Positions 7,088 to 17,415 of a stretch of DNA of 64,000 nucleotides are shown in pieces. Location of the stretch: contig CBDBCY010000004.1 of NCBI GenBank assembly GCA_965203555.1, forward strand, positions 2,560,001 to 2,624,000, read 5' to 3'. How positions within the stretch are numbered: position 1 is the stretch's first letter; each line of letters begins with the position of its first letter. The DNA comes from Acidimicrobiia bacterium. Its GTDB lineage: Bacteria > Actinomycetota > Acidimicrobiia > Spongiisociales > ZC4RG35. A program made the translations under genes and the position numbers. The notes under the pieces are model-generated. The model ran no database searches and had not been told where the DNA came from. It was given only the letters and a program-made list of their open reading frames with translations.

Positions 7088-8587
7088 GTGAACTTCGACG
7101 TTGCTTTCGCTGATGTCGGTCCCTTCGAGAAGATGGTCTCCTTCGAGATCTCTTCAGTGGACCTGAACCACGCCATGAACCGGGCTTCCCGCCGGATTTC
7201 CCGCGAAGTCAACTTCCCGGGATTCCGTCCCGGGCGAGCTCCCCGCCGATTGGTGGAGCGCCGCGTCGGCGTCGAGCGGTTGAAGGCCGACGCCTTGGAT
7301 GACCTGGTTCCCGCCCGGGTCGGCGCGGTGCTGGCCCAGACCGAGATCTCTCCGGTGGTGCCACCTTTATTGGAGTCGGTTACGGACACCGTGAACGGCG
7401 CGGTGAAGGTAGAGGTGAGAGTGACCACTTGGCCTCGACTCGAATCGGTGCCGACCTACCGCGGCAGGCAGATCCAGGTTCCGGCGCTTCCTCCGGTCTC
7501 CGAGGAGGTGGATGACCGCTTGACGCAGCTTCGCCACATGTATGCGCCGCTGCAGACGGTGGAGCGCCCTGTAGAGGAGGGAGATTTCGTGATCATCGAC
7601 ATGACCGTGAAAGAGGGTGAGCAACTCATCGAGTCTCTTGCCCTGGACGGCTTCAGCTATGAAGTTGGCTCAGAGAGGCTGACCCCCCACATCGATGAAA
7701 GCCTGCTGGGGCGGCAGGCGGGTGAGGAGATCCAAGTCTCCGCTCCCCTGCCTCATTGGCTCTATCCCGACCGCCAACTCGAGGACGGGTCGGCGCAGGA
7801 GGAGGAGTGGTGGTCGGACGATGACCCCGAGGATGGGTACGACGGGCTCTATGAGATCCGGGTTGCCGAGGTGCAGTCCCGTCTATTGCCGGAACTGGAC
7901 GACGAGTGGGCGTCGGAGTACACCGGCTACGACTCCCTGGAAGAGTTGCGGGAAGAAATGCGGGAAGAGGTGGAAGAGCAACGCAATGCCGCCCAATGGG
8001 AGATGTTGGTTGCTGAAACCGTGAAGGAGATGACCGACGATCTTGGAATGGACCTGCCGGAGCGATTGGAATCGGCGCAGACGGAGTTGCTGTTCCGCAA
8101 CCACCTCGATTCGCTGGAGAGATCCAAAACGGACTACGAGACCTACCTGGAGCGCACCGGTCTCAGCCATGAGCAGTTCCTAGAGGGCCTGAGAAGTCGG
8201 GCGGTGGCCGGATTGAAGGCCCGGATTCTCATAGAGGGGGTGATCGAATCCGAGGGTTTGGTGGTGGATGACATGCAGGTATTGGATGCCCTGCGCCAGA
8301 TAGCCCAGGATGCCGAGGATCCGGAGGAGCTCCGGCGGGAGGTGGAAAAAGGTGTCCACACCGAACAGATCCGAGCTGATATGCTCAGATCCAGGGCACA
8401 GGCTCTCATGGCCATGCAGGTGCAGCCCGTAGACCCCCAGGGCCGGCCGGTGCGGATTGAAGCACCCGCCTGGGTGAAAGCGTGGTTCAGCCCTGCGACC
8501 GTGCCGACCGAGATTTTGGAACCAGGGGCCGAGGTGGGAGAGGCCCTCTATGAAGCGGAGATAATTGATGAACCATATCCTGACTGA
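7088..8587 (+). CDS. tig: Trigger factor
   Basis: Ribosome-binding motif [28 protein letters not shown]; upstream of clpP-clpX; GTG start inferred. Confidence 0.92.
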   Translation: MNFDVAFADVGPFEKMVSFEISSVDLNHAMNRASRRISREVNFPGFRPGRAPRRLVERRVGVERLKADALDDLVPARVGAVLAQTEISPVVPPLLESVTDTVNGAVKVEVRVTTWPRLESVPTYRGRQIQVPALPPVSEEVDDRLTQLRHMYAPLQTVERPVEEGDFVIIDMTVKEGEQLIESLALDGFSYEVGSERLTPHIDESLLGRQAGEEIQVSAPLPHWLYPDRQLEDGSAQEEEWWSDDDPEDGYDGLYEIRVAEVQSRLLPELDDEWASEYTGYDSLEELREEMREEVEEQRNAAQWEMLVAETVKEMTDDLGMDLPERLESAQTELLFRNHLDSLERSKTDYETYLERTGLSHEQFLEGLRSRAVAGLKARILIEGVIESEGLVVDDMQVLDALRQIAQDAEDPEELRREVEKGVHTEQIRADMLRSRAQALMAMQVQPVDPQGRPVRIEAPAWVKAWFSPATVPTEILEPGAEVGEALYEAEIIDEPYPD

Positions 8588-9221
8588 GCCACCCTTCTCG
8601 ACCCCTCGCTTTGGAGGCTATGTCCCGGTCCCTCATGTGACGGAACAGACCAGCAGGGGAGAACGAACCTCGGACATTTACAGTCGGCTGCTCAAGGATC
8701 GCATAGTTTTCCTTGGCACTCCCATCGACGACACCGTGGCCAATCTGATCATGGCCCAGATGCTGCACCTGGAGAGCGAGGACCCCGACAAGGACATCTT
8801 CTTGTACATAAACTCGCCCGGTGGGCAGATGACGTCCCTTTTTGCCCTGTACGACACCATGCAGTATGTGAGGCCGGACATCAGCACCGTCTGTATGGGC
8901 ATGGCTGCCTCGGCCGCAGCGGTGTTGCTGGCGGGGGGCGCCAAGGGAAAACGGTATGCGCTTCCCCACGCCCGGGTAATGCTGCACCAGCCCCACGGCG
9001 GAGCTTCGGGCCAGGCCACCGACATCGAGATCCAGGCCCGGTTGATACTGCAGATGAGGGAGCAGACCAACAACATCCTTTCCCGGCACACCGGCCAGCC
9101 CTTGGAGAAGGTGGCCAAGGACACCGACCGGGACTTTTGGATGATGGCTGACGAGGCAGCAGACTATGGAGTGATCGATCGGGTCCTCAGCCGCCAGACC
9201 CTCTCCGCAGTGGGTAACTAG
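8565..9221 (+). CDS. clpP: ATP-dependent Clp protease proteolytic subunit
   Basis: [29 protein letters not shown] (catalytic Ser), MLHQP, DTDRD. Confidence 0.97.
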   Translation: MMNHILTEPPFSTPRFGGYVPVPHVTEQTSRGERTSDIYSRLLKDRIVFLGTPIDDTVANLIMAQMLHLESEDPDKDIFLYINSPGGQMTSLFALYDTMQYVRPDISTVCMGMAASAAAVLLAGGAKGKRYALPHARVMLHQPHGGASGQATDIEIQARLILQMREQTNNILSRHTGQPLEKVAKDTDRDFWMMADEAADYGVIDRVLSRQTLSAVGN

Positions 9222-9228
9222 GTTTCCG

Positions 9229-10485
9229 ATGGCTCGGGAAGGAACGGATCTTCTCAAGTGCAGCTTTTGCGGGCAGTCTCAAAAGCAGGTCTTGAAGTTG
9301 ATCGCCGGTCCGGGCGTATACATCTGCAACGAATGCATCGATCTGTGCAACGAGATCATCGAGGAGGAGACATCCTCTGACGGATACCGGGTGGAGGAAC
9401 TTCCCAATCCCGCCGACATCTACAAATACCTCGATTCCTACGTGGTCGGCCAAGAGACAGCGAAGCGCTCTCTGGCGGTGGCGGTCTACAACCACTACAA
9501 ACGTTTGCGTCTGGCCGCTCGCACCCACTCGGAGGTCGAGGTGGAGAAGTCCAATGTGTTGCTGGTGGGGCCGACCGGGTCGGGCAAGACGCTGCTGGCC
9601 CGGACCCTCGCTCGCCAACTGAACGTCCCCATTGCCATAACCGACGCCACTGCTCTGACCGAGGCCGGCTATGTGGGAGAGGATGTGGAAAACATCCTGC
9701 TCAGGCTGGTGCAGGCCGCCGACTATGACATAAAACTGGCGCAGACCGGGATCGTCTATATCGATGAGATCGACAAGGTGGCTCGCAAGTCGGACAACCC
9801 GTCCATTACCCGCGACGTCTCCGGAGAGGGAGTCCAGCAGGCTTTGCTGAAGATTCTGGAGGGCACGGTTGCCTCGGTGCCTCCCCAGGGAGGACGCAAA
9901 CATCCGCACCAGGAGTTTCTGCAACTGGACACCACCGACGTGTTGTTTATCTGCGGCGGCGCGTTCGATGGTTTGGAGGACATCATCAGCCGCCGGGTGG
10001 GAAGCGGTTCGGTGGGATTCGGGGCTGACATAAAGTCCCGCTCTGACCAGGACAACGGAGACCTGCTGCGCCAGGTGGTCCCGGCCGATCTGATCAAATA
10101 CGGTCTGATTCCCGAGTTCATCGGCCGTCTGCCGGTGTTGAGCGCCGTCCATCCCCTTGATGTGGACGACCTGGTGAAAATCCTGCAGGAGCCTCGCAAC
10201 GCCCTGGTCAAGCAATATCGTCACCTCCTGGATCTGGACGATGTGGAACTGATATTCACTCCCCAGGCGTTGAACGAGATAGCCGAGCAGGCTGTTGCCC
10301 GCGGAACCGGGGCCCGGGGCCTGCGGGCGATAATGGAAGACCTGTTGCGCGACCTGATGTTCCAGGCGCCCACCCGTGCGGACATGCGTAGGGTGGTGGT
10401 GGACCATTTGATGGTGAGGGAGGGAAATGTGGCTTCTATCAGGGACGCTCGGTCCAGCAAACGCCAGCGGGAACAGACCGCCTGA
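9229..10485 (+). CDS. clpX: Clp protease ATP-binding subunit ClpX
   Basis: CSFCG..ICNEC zinc finger, [31 protein letters not shown]. Confidence 0.98.
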   Translation: MAREGTDLLKCSFCGQSQKQVLKLIAGPGVYICNECIDLCNEIIEEETSSDGYRVEELPNPADIYKYLDSYVVGQETAKRSLAVAVYNHYKRLRLAARTHSEVEVEKSNVLLVGPTGSGKTLLARTLARQLNVPIAITDATALTEAGYVGEDVENILLRLVQAADYDIKLAQTGIVYIDEIDKVARKSDNPSITRDVSGEGVQQALLKILEGTVASVPPQGGRKHPHQEFLQLDTTDVLFICGGAFDGLEDIISRRVGSGSVGFGADIKSRSDQDNGDLLRQVVPADLIKYGLIPEFIGRLPVLSAVHPLDVDDLVKILQEPRNALVKQYRHLLDLDDVELIFTPQALNEIAEQAVARGTGARGLRAIMEDLLRDLMFQAPTRADMRRVVVDHLMVREGNVASIRDARSSKRQREQTA

Positions 10486-10500
10486 GTCGCTTGGGCGACC

Positions 10501-13101
10501 ATGGAAACATCCCTTGATCAAATGAAGTCCGCCTATGATCCGGCAGAGATCGAACCCCGCTGGTATTCCCGCTGGGAACAGGCCGGAGTGTTCAAACCCG
10601 AGTACCGGCCGGGAGGCGAGCCTTTCTGCGTCGTCATTCCCCCTCCCAATGTGACAGGGTCGCTCCACATGGGCCACGCTCTCAATCACGCTATCCACGA
10701 TGTGATAGCGCGCCGTCTCAGGATGCAAGGACATGCCGTGCTATGGCTACCCGGCACGGACCACGCCGGGATCGCCACCCAGAATGTCGTGGAAAAGTCG
10801 CTGGCGAAAAAAGGGCTGAACCGGTTTGATCTGGGCAGGGAGGCATTCATCGACCAGGTTTGGGAATGGAAAGATGTATACGGGTGGCGGATAACCCAGC
10901 AAATCCGGAGAATGGGCAACTCCTGTGACTGGACGCGGGAGCGATTTACCCTGGACGAAGGTCTGTCCAAGGCCGTCCTGGAAGTGTTTGTCCGACTCTA
11001 CGAGGACGGTCTGATCTACCGGGGCAAGCGGATCATCAATTGGTGCCCGCGGTGCGAGACTGCTCTGGCGGAGATAGAAGTCGAGCATCAACCCGAAGAT
11101 GGGGAGTTGGTGCAAATCTCCTATCCGTTCGTGGACGGATCGGGAGAAGTGACGGTGGCGACCACGCGGGCCGAGACCATGCTCGGGGACACCGGCGTGG
11201 CCGTGCATCCCGACGACGATCGGTTTCGGAACATGGTCGGCAAAACCGTCAGGCTGCCCTTGGTGGGGAGATTGATTCCTGTCGTGGCTGATCGGGAGGT
11301 GGATCCCCGGTTTGGAACCGGGGCAGTGAAAGTTACCCCCGCCCATGACCCCCTCGACTTTGACATTGGGGAGCGACACGGTTTGGAGAGTGTCCTGGTG
11401 CTGGACGACAAGGCGGTGATCACCGAGGCCGGCGGCCGATTTGCGGGACTGGACCGTTTTGCGGCACGGGAAGCCGTGATAGCTGCTTTGAAGGCAGAAG
11501 GCGCCTTGGTCGGCAGGGTGCCTTACCACCATTCGGTGGGCCTCTGTTACCGCTGCGACACGGTCGTCGAGCCTCTTTTGTCCACCCAATGGTTTGTCAA
11601 GGTTGCCGAACTGGCCGGTCCGGCGATCGAGGCGATCAGGTCGGCCGACAACCGTTTCATCCCCGCCCACTGGAAAAAAAGCTACTTCCATTGGATGGAG
11701 AATCTGCGGGATTGGTGTATCTCCCGCCAGATATGGTGGGGCCACCGGATTCCCGCCTGGTACTGCGCTTACGGACATATCACCGTGGCCCGTTCGTCAC
11801 CGCCGGTTTGCCAGGTGTGCGGGGTCGGCGATCTCACCCAGGACGCCGATGTCCTGGACACATGGTTCTCGTCGGCGTTGTGGCCGTTCTCGACCTTGGG
11901 ATGGCCGGAGGAAACCGAGGATCTGGCCAGGTTCTATCCGAACATGGTCCTGATCACCGGTTTCGACATCATCTACTTCTGGGTGGCCCGCATGATGAAG
12001 ATGGGGCTGAGGTTCATGGGAGATGTGCCGTTCCGGGAGACGGTCATCCACGGCTTGGTACGGGACAGCACCGGACGCAAGATGTCCAAGTCGTTGGGAA
12101 ACACCATCGACCCCCTGGTGGTAGCGGAGAAGTACGGCGCCGATCCTCTTCGCTTGGCGCTGATCCAGGCAGCCAATCCGGGGCAGGACGTGCCGCTCGA
12201 TATGGAATGGGTGGAAGGGGCCCGGCGGTTCGGGAACAAACTGTGGAACGCGGTGCGCTACACGCTCCGGCATGTGCCGGCCGGAAGCGTTCCCTCCAGC
12301 GGCGGTTACCCTGCCCGTCCCGGTCCGGTGGATCGCTGGATACTGGCCGGCCTGGGTGGAGTCACCGCCCGATTCGACGAGCTATCCGATGGATATCGCT
12401 TCTCCGACGCCTACGGACTCTTGTACAACTTTGCCTGGGCGGAGGTGTTCGACTGGTACCTGGAGATGTCGAAAGTGGCCCTGGCCGGGGCCGAAGAAGC
12501 CGAAGTAACCCGGCAGACACTGGGGGTGGTGATGCGGGACCTTCTCAAGCTCTTCCATCCCGCCATCCCGTTCCTGACGGAAGAACTGTGGTTTCACTTG
12601 GTGGGTGAGGAATATGTGGCCGGCGCCGATTGGCCGCGGGTTCCCGCCTACGATCAAGTTCCCCAGATGGAAGACCTGAAGGGTCTCATCTCGGGAGTGC
12701 GTCAATTCCGGGCCGCCCAGGGCTTGAGCCTTCGAAAGACCCTGCCTATGGGTATCACCGGCTTTCCCCCGGGGTGGGTGACCGATCTGCTGGAAAAGAT
12801 GGCCGGCCTACGGATCGACGAATGGACGGAGACGCCGGGCGCCGGTCATACCCATGTGCCGGGCGGTCACTGGGACGGCTTCATCCCGCTGGACGGGCTG
12901 GTGGACCCCGTAGCCGAGCGCCGGCGTATTGATCGGGCGATCGCTCGTCTGCAGATCCGGGTTTCCCGATCTTCGGCCAAGTTGGACAATCCGAATTTCG
13001 TGGCGCGTGCTCCTGCGGCGGTGGTCGAGCAGGAACGCGGCAAACTGACTGAGGCAACCGAACGCTTGGGCGCTCTTCGTCGCCAAAGAGAGGCCCTGTA
13101 G
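10501..13101 (+). CDS. valS: Valine--tRNA ligase
   Basis: PPPNVTGSLHMGH, DWCISRQIWWGH, KMSKS, C-terminal coiled coil. Confidence 0.98.
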   Translation: METSLDQMKSAYDPAEIEPRWYSRWEQAGVFKPEYRPGGEPFCVVIPPPNVTGSLHMGHALNHAIHDVIARRLRMQGHAVLWLPGTDHAGIATQNVVEKSLAKKGLNRFDLGREAFIDQVWEWKDVYGWRITQQIRRMGNSCDWTRERFTLDEGLSKAVLEVFVRLYEDGLIYRGKRIINWCPRCETALAEIEVEHQPEDGELVQISYPFVDGSGEVTVATTRAETMLGDTGVAVHPDDDRFRNMVGKTVRLPLVGRLIPVVADREVDPRFGTGAVKVTPAHDPLDFDIGERHGLESVLVLDDKAVITEAGGRFAGLDRFAAREAVIAALKAEGALVGRVPYHHSVGLCYRCDTVVEPLLSTQWFVKVAELAGPAIEAIRSADNRFIPAHWKKSYFHWMENLRDWCISRQIWWGHRIPAWYCAYGHITVARSSPPVCQVCGVGDLTQDADVLDTWFSSALWPFSTLGWPEETEDLARFYPNMVLITGFDIIYFWVARMMKMGLRFMGDVPFRETVIHGLVRDSTGRKMSKSLGNTIDPLVVAEKYGADPLRLALIQAANPGQDVPLDMEWVEGARRFGNKLWNAVRYTLRHVPAGSVPSSGGYPARPGPVDRWILAGLGGVTARFDELSDGYRFSDAYGLLYNFAWAEVFDWYLEMSKVALAGAEEAEVTRQTLGVVMRDLLKLFHPAIPFLTEELWFHLVGEEYVAGADWPRVPAYDQVPQMEDLKGLISGVRQFRAAQGLSLRKTLPMGITGFPPGWVTDLLEKMAGLRIDEWTETPGAGHTHVPGGHWDGFIPLDGLVDPVAERRRIDRAIARLQIRVSRSSAKLDNPNFVARAPAAVVEQERGKLTEATERLGALRRQREAL

Positions 13102-13104
13102 ACC

Positions 13105-14397
13105 GTGGACTACTCAGAAGCGGTCGCCTATCTCTTCTCTCACATAGGTCTGGGGAAGAAATTCGGTCTGGAACCCATGCGCGCCGTCATGGCTCGCATG
13201 GGAGATCCCCACAGGCGACGACGGGTGATACACGTTGCGGGCACCAACGGAAAGACCTCCACCTCCCGAATGGCCGGGCAAGTGTTGCTGACGCAGAGCT
13301 ACCGCGCCGGGGTCTTCACTTCTCCCCACCTCCAGCAGGTTGAAGAGAGGATTGCAGTGGACGGACGGCCCGTTTCGCGCAGTCACTTTGCACAGGCCTT
13401 GTCCGAGGTGGCCGAGGCCGTTGTGGATGAAGTGGCAGATGGCGGCAGGCCTCTCACCTATTTCGAGTTGACCACCGCAGCCGCCTTTGCTCACTTCATC
13501 CGGGCACAGGTGGACGCCATGGTCTTGGAGGTAGGTCTGGGTGGAAGGTTGGACGCCACCAACGTTGTCTCCGCAGAAGTAGCGGTGGTCACCGGTCTGG
13601 GATTCGACCACACCGAGTATCTGGGAGACACCATTCCCCAGATCGCCGAGGAGAAACTGGGCATTGTCGGGCCCGGCGCCAGGCTGGTGTGCGGCGCTAT
13701 CCCGTCCGAAGCCGCACCGGTGGTGGAGAGGAAAGTGCGTTCAGTGGGGGCCGACGTTATGTGGCTGGGCAAGGACTTCGGTGTCAGGTCGGTCATTCCC
13801 AGGTCAGAGGGCGGGTGGACGGTTTCCGTGGACGGATTGTACGGATCCTATGAGAATCTGCGGTTGCCCCTGCGAGGTCGCTACCAGGTGCGGAACCTGG
13901 CCGTGGCGATAGCGGCGGCCGAATCATGGTTGGATCACGGTCTGGATGCCGACCGGCTTCGGGCCGGGTTGTCCGCAGTGTCGGCGCCGGGAAGAATGGA
14001 ACTGGTCGACTACGAGTCGGCGCCTCTTCTTCTGGACGGGGCTCACAACCCCGAGGCTTGTCTGGTTCTGGCCAAGTCGCTCCTGGAGGAATTCGGAGAG
14101 AGAAAGTGGGTGGGCGTGCTGGGAGTGATGAGCGACAAGGACTTGGAATCGATGATTGCCGGATTGGCGCCGCATTTGACCGAAGTTGTGGCTTCCCGGT
14201 CGGATTCGCCTCGCGCCTTGCATCCGAGCCAACTCGCTGAACGGATCAAAGCGGTGTGTGACTTGCAAGTGGTGGAATACCCGGACCCGTCCGAGGCAAT
14301 TCGTCAGGCGCGGCGCATCGCCGGGGAGGGTGGCCGGGTTCTGGTGACGGGTTCGCTCTACCTGGTCGGGGAGGTGCGGACGTTGCTGGGATTGTAG
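13105..14397 (+). CDS. folC: Folylpolyglutamate synthase/dihydrofolate synthase
   Basis: HVAGTNGKTS, TSPHL, EVGLGGRLDATN, LDGAHNP, VTGSLYLVG; follows valS. Confidence 0.96.
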   Translation: MDYSEAVAYLFSHIGLGKKFGLEPMRAVMARMGDPHRRRRVIHVAGTNGKTSTSRMAGQVLLTQSYRAGVFTSPHLQQVEERIAVDGRPVSRSHFAQALSEVAEAVVDEVADGGRPLTYFELTTAAAFAHFIRAQVDAMVLEVGLGGRLDATNVVSAEVAVVTGLGFDHTEYLGDTIPQIAEEKLGIVGPGARLVCGAIPSEAAPVVERKVRSVGADVMWLGKDFGVRSVIPRSEGGWTVSVDGLYGSYENLRLPLRGRYQVRNLAVAIAAAESWLDHGLDADRLRAGLSAVSAPGRMELVDYESAPLLLDGAHNPEACLVLAKSLLEEFGERKWVGVLGVMSDKDLESMIAGLAPHLTEVVASRSDSPRALHPSQLAERIKAVCDLQVVEYPDPSEAIRQARRIAGEGGRVLVTGSLYLVGEVRTLLGL

Positions 14398-14424
14398 GGA
14401 GGATGACCTAATCTTGGCGGAAAG

Positions 14425-14498
14425 GCCGGAGTAGCTCAGCCAGGCAGAGCAGCTCACTCGTAATGAGCAGGCCAGGGGTTCGAATCCCCTCTCCGGCT
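14425..14498 (+). tRNA. tRNA-Thr(CGT)
   Basis: GCCGGAGTAGCTCAG..GCTCA CT CGT AA TGAGC..GGTTCGAATCC..CTCCGGCT. Confidence 0.95.
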
Positions 14499-14515
14499 CA
14501 ATAGAATCTTTCGGT

Positions 14516-14920
14516 ATGGCTTGTGAACAAACGTTTGTAATGGTCAAGCCCGATGGGGTGTCCCGTGGTTTGGTGGGCGAGATAATTCGTCGCCTGGAGC
14601 GAAAGGGCCTGCGTCTGGTAAAAGCGCGTCTGCAGACCGTCGACGACAGTTTGGCCGGTGAACATTACGCAGAGCACCGGGAACGTCCGTTCTTTGGGGA
14701 GTTGATTGCTTTTATCACCGGAGGGCCGGTCATGGCGATGGTGTGGGAAGGAGAGTCGGCGGTGTCGGTGGCGAGGTTGATAATGGGCCCGACCAATCCG
14801 GCTACCGCCCCTCCCGGCACCATTCGTGGGGACTTCGGCTTGGAGACGACCCGGAATCTCGTGCATGGTTCCGATTCTCCGACCAGCGCCAGTCGGGAAA
14901 TAGCTCTATGGTTCGGTTAG
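14516..14920 (+). CDS. ndk: Nucleoside diphosphate kinase
   Basis: [27 protein letters not shown]. Confidence 0.98.
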   Translation: MACEQTFVMVKPDGVSRGLVGEIIRRLERKGLRLVKARLQTVDDSLAGEHYAEHRERPFFGELIAFITGGPVMAMVWEGESAVSVARLIMGPTNPATAPPGTIRGDFGLETTRNLVHGSDSPTSASREIALWFG

Positions 14921-14959
14921 CATTCTAAAGAGTTCGCTTAGGTTGCGCTCGGAGATGAG

Positions 14960-15982
14960 ATGTTCTCCATGATTTTGGGCAGCCAGGCTATGGCAATAGA
15001 TCTCGGAACTGCCAATACCCTGGTTTATTTACGCGGCAAAGGGGTGGTGCTGGGAGAGCCTTCAGTAGTAGCCATAGATTCGCGCTCGGGTGAACTTCTG
15101 GCAGTGGGCGCCGAAGCCAAACACATGATCGGCAGAACCCCCGCGCAGATCAAAGCCATTCGACCGCTGCGAGACGGGGTGATCGCCGATTTCGACATCA
15201 CCGCCCGGATGATTCGATACTTTGTCAAGAAGGTCCAGCCCCGCTGGTTCTACCGCCCCGAAATCGTGGTGTGCGTGCCTTCGGAGAGCAGCACCGTGGA
15301 ACGGAGGGCGGCGGAGGATGCGGCTTTCAAGGCGGGGGCCCGCCGTGCCTATGTAATTGAAGAGAGCATGGCGGCCGCCATTGGCGAAGATCTTCCCGTT
15401 TCCGAGGCAAAAGGCTCGATGGTGGTGGATATAGGGGGCGGTACCACTGAAATCGGCGTTCTGTCACTGGGAGGGGTGGTGGCCGGCCGGAGTATCCGCA
15501 CCGCGGGATATGCCATGGACCAGGCGATAATCGAGTGGATCCAATATGAGAAGGGCCTACGGATCGGAACAAGAACCGCAGAGGACCTCAAAATCGCCAT
15601 CGGCTCCGCCTGGCCCCGAGAGAACCGGATGGCCGAGATCCAGGGACATAATCTTCACACCGGTCAGCCCGACAAAGTGGTGGTGACGACCTCGGAAATC
15701 CGGGAGGCGATCAAACAACCGGTGGATGAGATAGTGGATACCGTTAGGAAGAGCCTGACGGTGGTCAACCCGGACATAGCTTCCGACATCATAGGTCAGG
15801 GAATTGTGGTGACCGGAGGCGGCGCCTTGCTGCCCGGTTTGAAAGATCTCCTGGAAAAGGAGATCAAGATCAAAGTCAGGGTGTCTGCCAATCCGTTGCT
15901 GTCCGTGGTATTGGGCGCCGGCAAATGCCTGGAAGAGCGGCAGTCGTTCAAGAACGTGCTTTCTATCACGTCCAGCGTTTGA
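14960..15982 (+). CDS. mreB: Rod shape-determining protein MreB
   Basis: IDLGTANTLVY, RPLRDGVIADF, VDIGGGTTE, TGGGALL. Confidence 0.97.
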   Translation: MFSMILGSQAMAIDLGTANTLVYLRGKGVVLGEPSVVAIDSRSGELLAVGAEAKHMIGRTPAQIKAIRPLRDGVIADFDITARMIRYFVKKVQPRWFYRPEIVVCVPSESSTVERRAAEDAAFKAGARRAYVIEESMAAAIGEDLPVSEAKGSMVVDIGGGTTEIGVLSLGGVVAGRSIRTAGYAMDQAIIEWIQYEKGLRIGTRTAEDLKIAIGSAWPRENRMAEIQGHNLHTGQPDKVVVTTSEIREAIKQPVDEIVDTVRKSLTVVNPDIASDIIGQGIVVTGGGALLPGLKDLLEKEIKIKVRVSANPLLSVVLGAGKCLEERQSFKNVLSITSSV

Positions 15983-16001
15983 ACCCAGCGACGGGCTGGT
16001 C

Positions 16002-16823
16002 GTGTACGAGTTCAGGTCCAGAGGCCGGACCATGGTGCTAACCGTCCTGCTGCTGGTATCGGTCCTGTCGGCTACCTTGGAAGTTAGAGCAGGAGGGTGG
16101 GGAGTGATGCGAGTCGGAGTGGGCAGTTTGCTGGTTCCCTTGCAAAGAGTGGCGACCGAAATCTTCGATCCCATGGTCGACACGGTGGAAGGCTTGGTGG
16201 GGATCGCAACCCTGCGCTCCCAAAACGAGGCATTGCGCGCCGAGTTGGCCGAGGCTCTGGCCGAGATGGCGGCGGTGGAAGATCAACTGGCGCGACTGGA
16301 GTCATTGGAACGGCTGGCGGGTTTGGATCTGCCCGACGTGGAGCAGGCGAGGACCCTGGCCAATGTCGTCGGGCGACAGGTGGGGTTCGAATTCCATTTG
16401 AGGATCGACAAAGGCTTGGAAGACGGGGTGATTGGCGGGAATCCGGTCCTGGATGAAAACGGGTACCTGCTGGGGAGGATCGGCGCTTCAGCCCAGGATT
16501 TCGCCACCGTGATACCTATTACGGCCGATGTTGAGGGGCTGACGGTGCTGGTGGCGGGCAGCGTGGGAATTCTCCGACCTCGGGTCGGGTCGGACATTCT
16601 CAGCCTGGAGATCATCGACCGTCCCCCGATAGTGGCCGAAGGCGAGGAGGTGGTCACATCGCAGCTGTCAGTGAACTTTCCACCCGGTCTGCCGGTGGGG
16701 GCCTTGCAGGGTGAAGCGGAAGTTGTGGGGTCAGTCCTGCGTGGTTCGGTGAAGCCCTTTGCGGATCCCCAGCGGGTGAGAGCGGTACTGGTGGTGTCAT
16801 GGCCCCCCGGTCCCAATGAGTAG
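16002..16823 (+). CDS. mreC: Rod shape-determining protein MreC
   Basis: N-terminal TM, coiled coil (LRSQNEALR), IDKG..DGV, VVTS..FPPGLPVG; synteny. Confidence 0.9.
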   Translation: MYEFRSRGRTMVLTVLLLVSVLSATLEVRAGGWGVMRVGVGSLLVPLQRVATEIFDPMVDTVEGLVGIATLRSQNEALRAELAEALAEMAAVEDQLARLESLERLAGLDLPDVEQARTLANVVGRQVGFEFHLRIDKGLEDGVIGGNPVLDENGYLLGRIGASAQDFATVIPITADVEGLTVLVAGSVGILRPRVGSDILSLEIIDRPPIVAEGEEVVTSQLSVNFPPGLPVGALQGEAEVVGSVLRGSVKPFADPQRVRAVLVVSWPPGPNE

Positions 16824-17415
16824 TCGTTTTCGCTCTCGCCGTTACCGGGCCCGGAGGGAATCGGCTCGGACCCTGACCGGGTCGGTGTCGCGCCGTGCTT
16901 CTTTCTTTCCCTTGCAACGTTCTATCCGTTGGGGGCGGGGACTTGCCTGGTCGGGGGTGGTCGTGGTGGCAGTCGTCCTGCAGACTTCGGTGATGGGAAG
17001 GATCCAGATTGCCGGGGTGTCTCCGGATCTGGTGATGGTGGTGATAGCCTATGGCGCTTTTCGGATCAGAGACACCGGGGTTCTCTTCCTGGGGTTCTTG
17101 GGTGGACTGTTGCTTGACGCGTCGGGGACCGCGGTGTTGGGACTGTGGTCCTTCTCTATGACAGTGGTGGCGTGGGGCGCCATGCTCACCCGCGAACAGG
17201 GAGGGCGGGGAGTTTCGGTGAACGCTTTGCGCATGTTGCTCTTGACCCTGGCCGGCATTGTTGCCCATACGGTGATCAGCATTGCCTTTGGAGAGTGGTC
17301 TCTGGCTCTCTGGGAGGCTCTGCGACGGATAACTCTGACGCCGGTGCTAAATTTCCTCGTCGCCATGGCGTTGTTCCCCCTGTCCAGCCGACTGTGGGTG
17401 CCATCTCTGAAATGA
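16816..17415 (+). CDS. mreD: Rod shape-determining protein MreD
   Basis: Polytopic membrane protein with PDLVMV and GFLGGLLLD; between mreC and mrdA. Confidence 0.88.
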   Translation: MSSRFRSRRYRARRESARTLTGSVSRRASFFPLQRSIRWGRGLAWSGVVVVAVVLQTSVMGRIQIAGVSPDLVMVVIAYGAFRIRDTGVLFLGFLGGLLLDASGTAVLGLWSFSMTVVAWGAMLTREQGGRGVSVNALRMLLLTLAGIVAHTVISIAFGEWSLALWEALRRITLTPVLNFLVAMALFPLSSRLWVPSLK

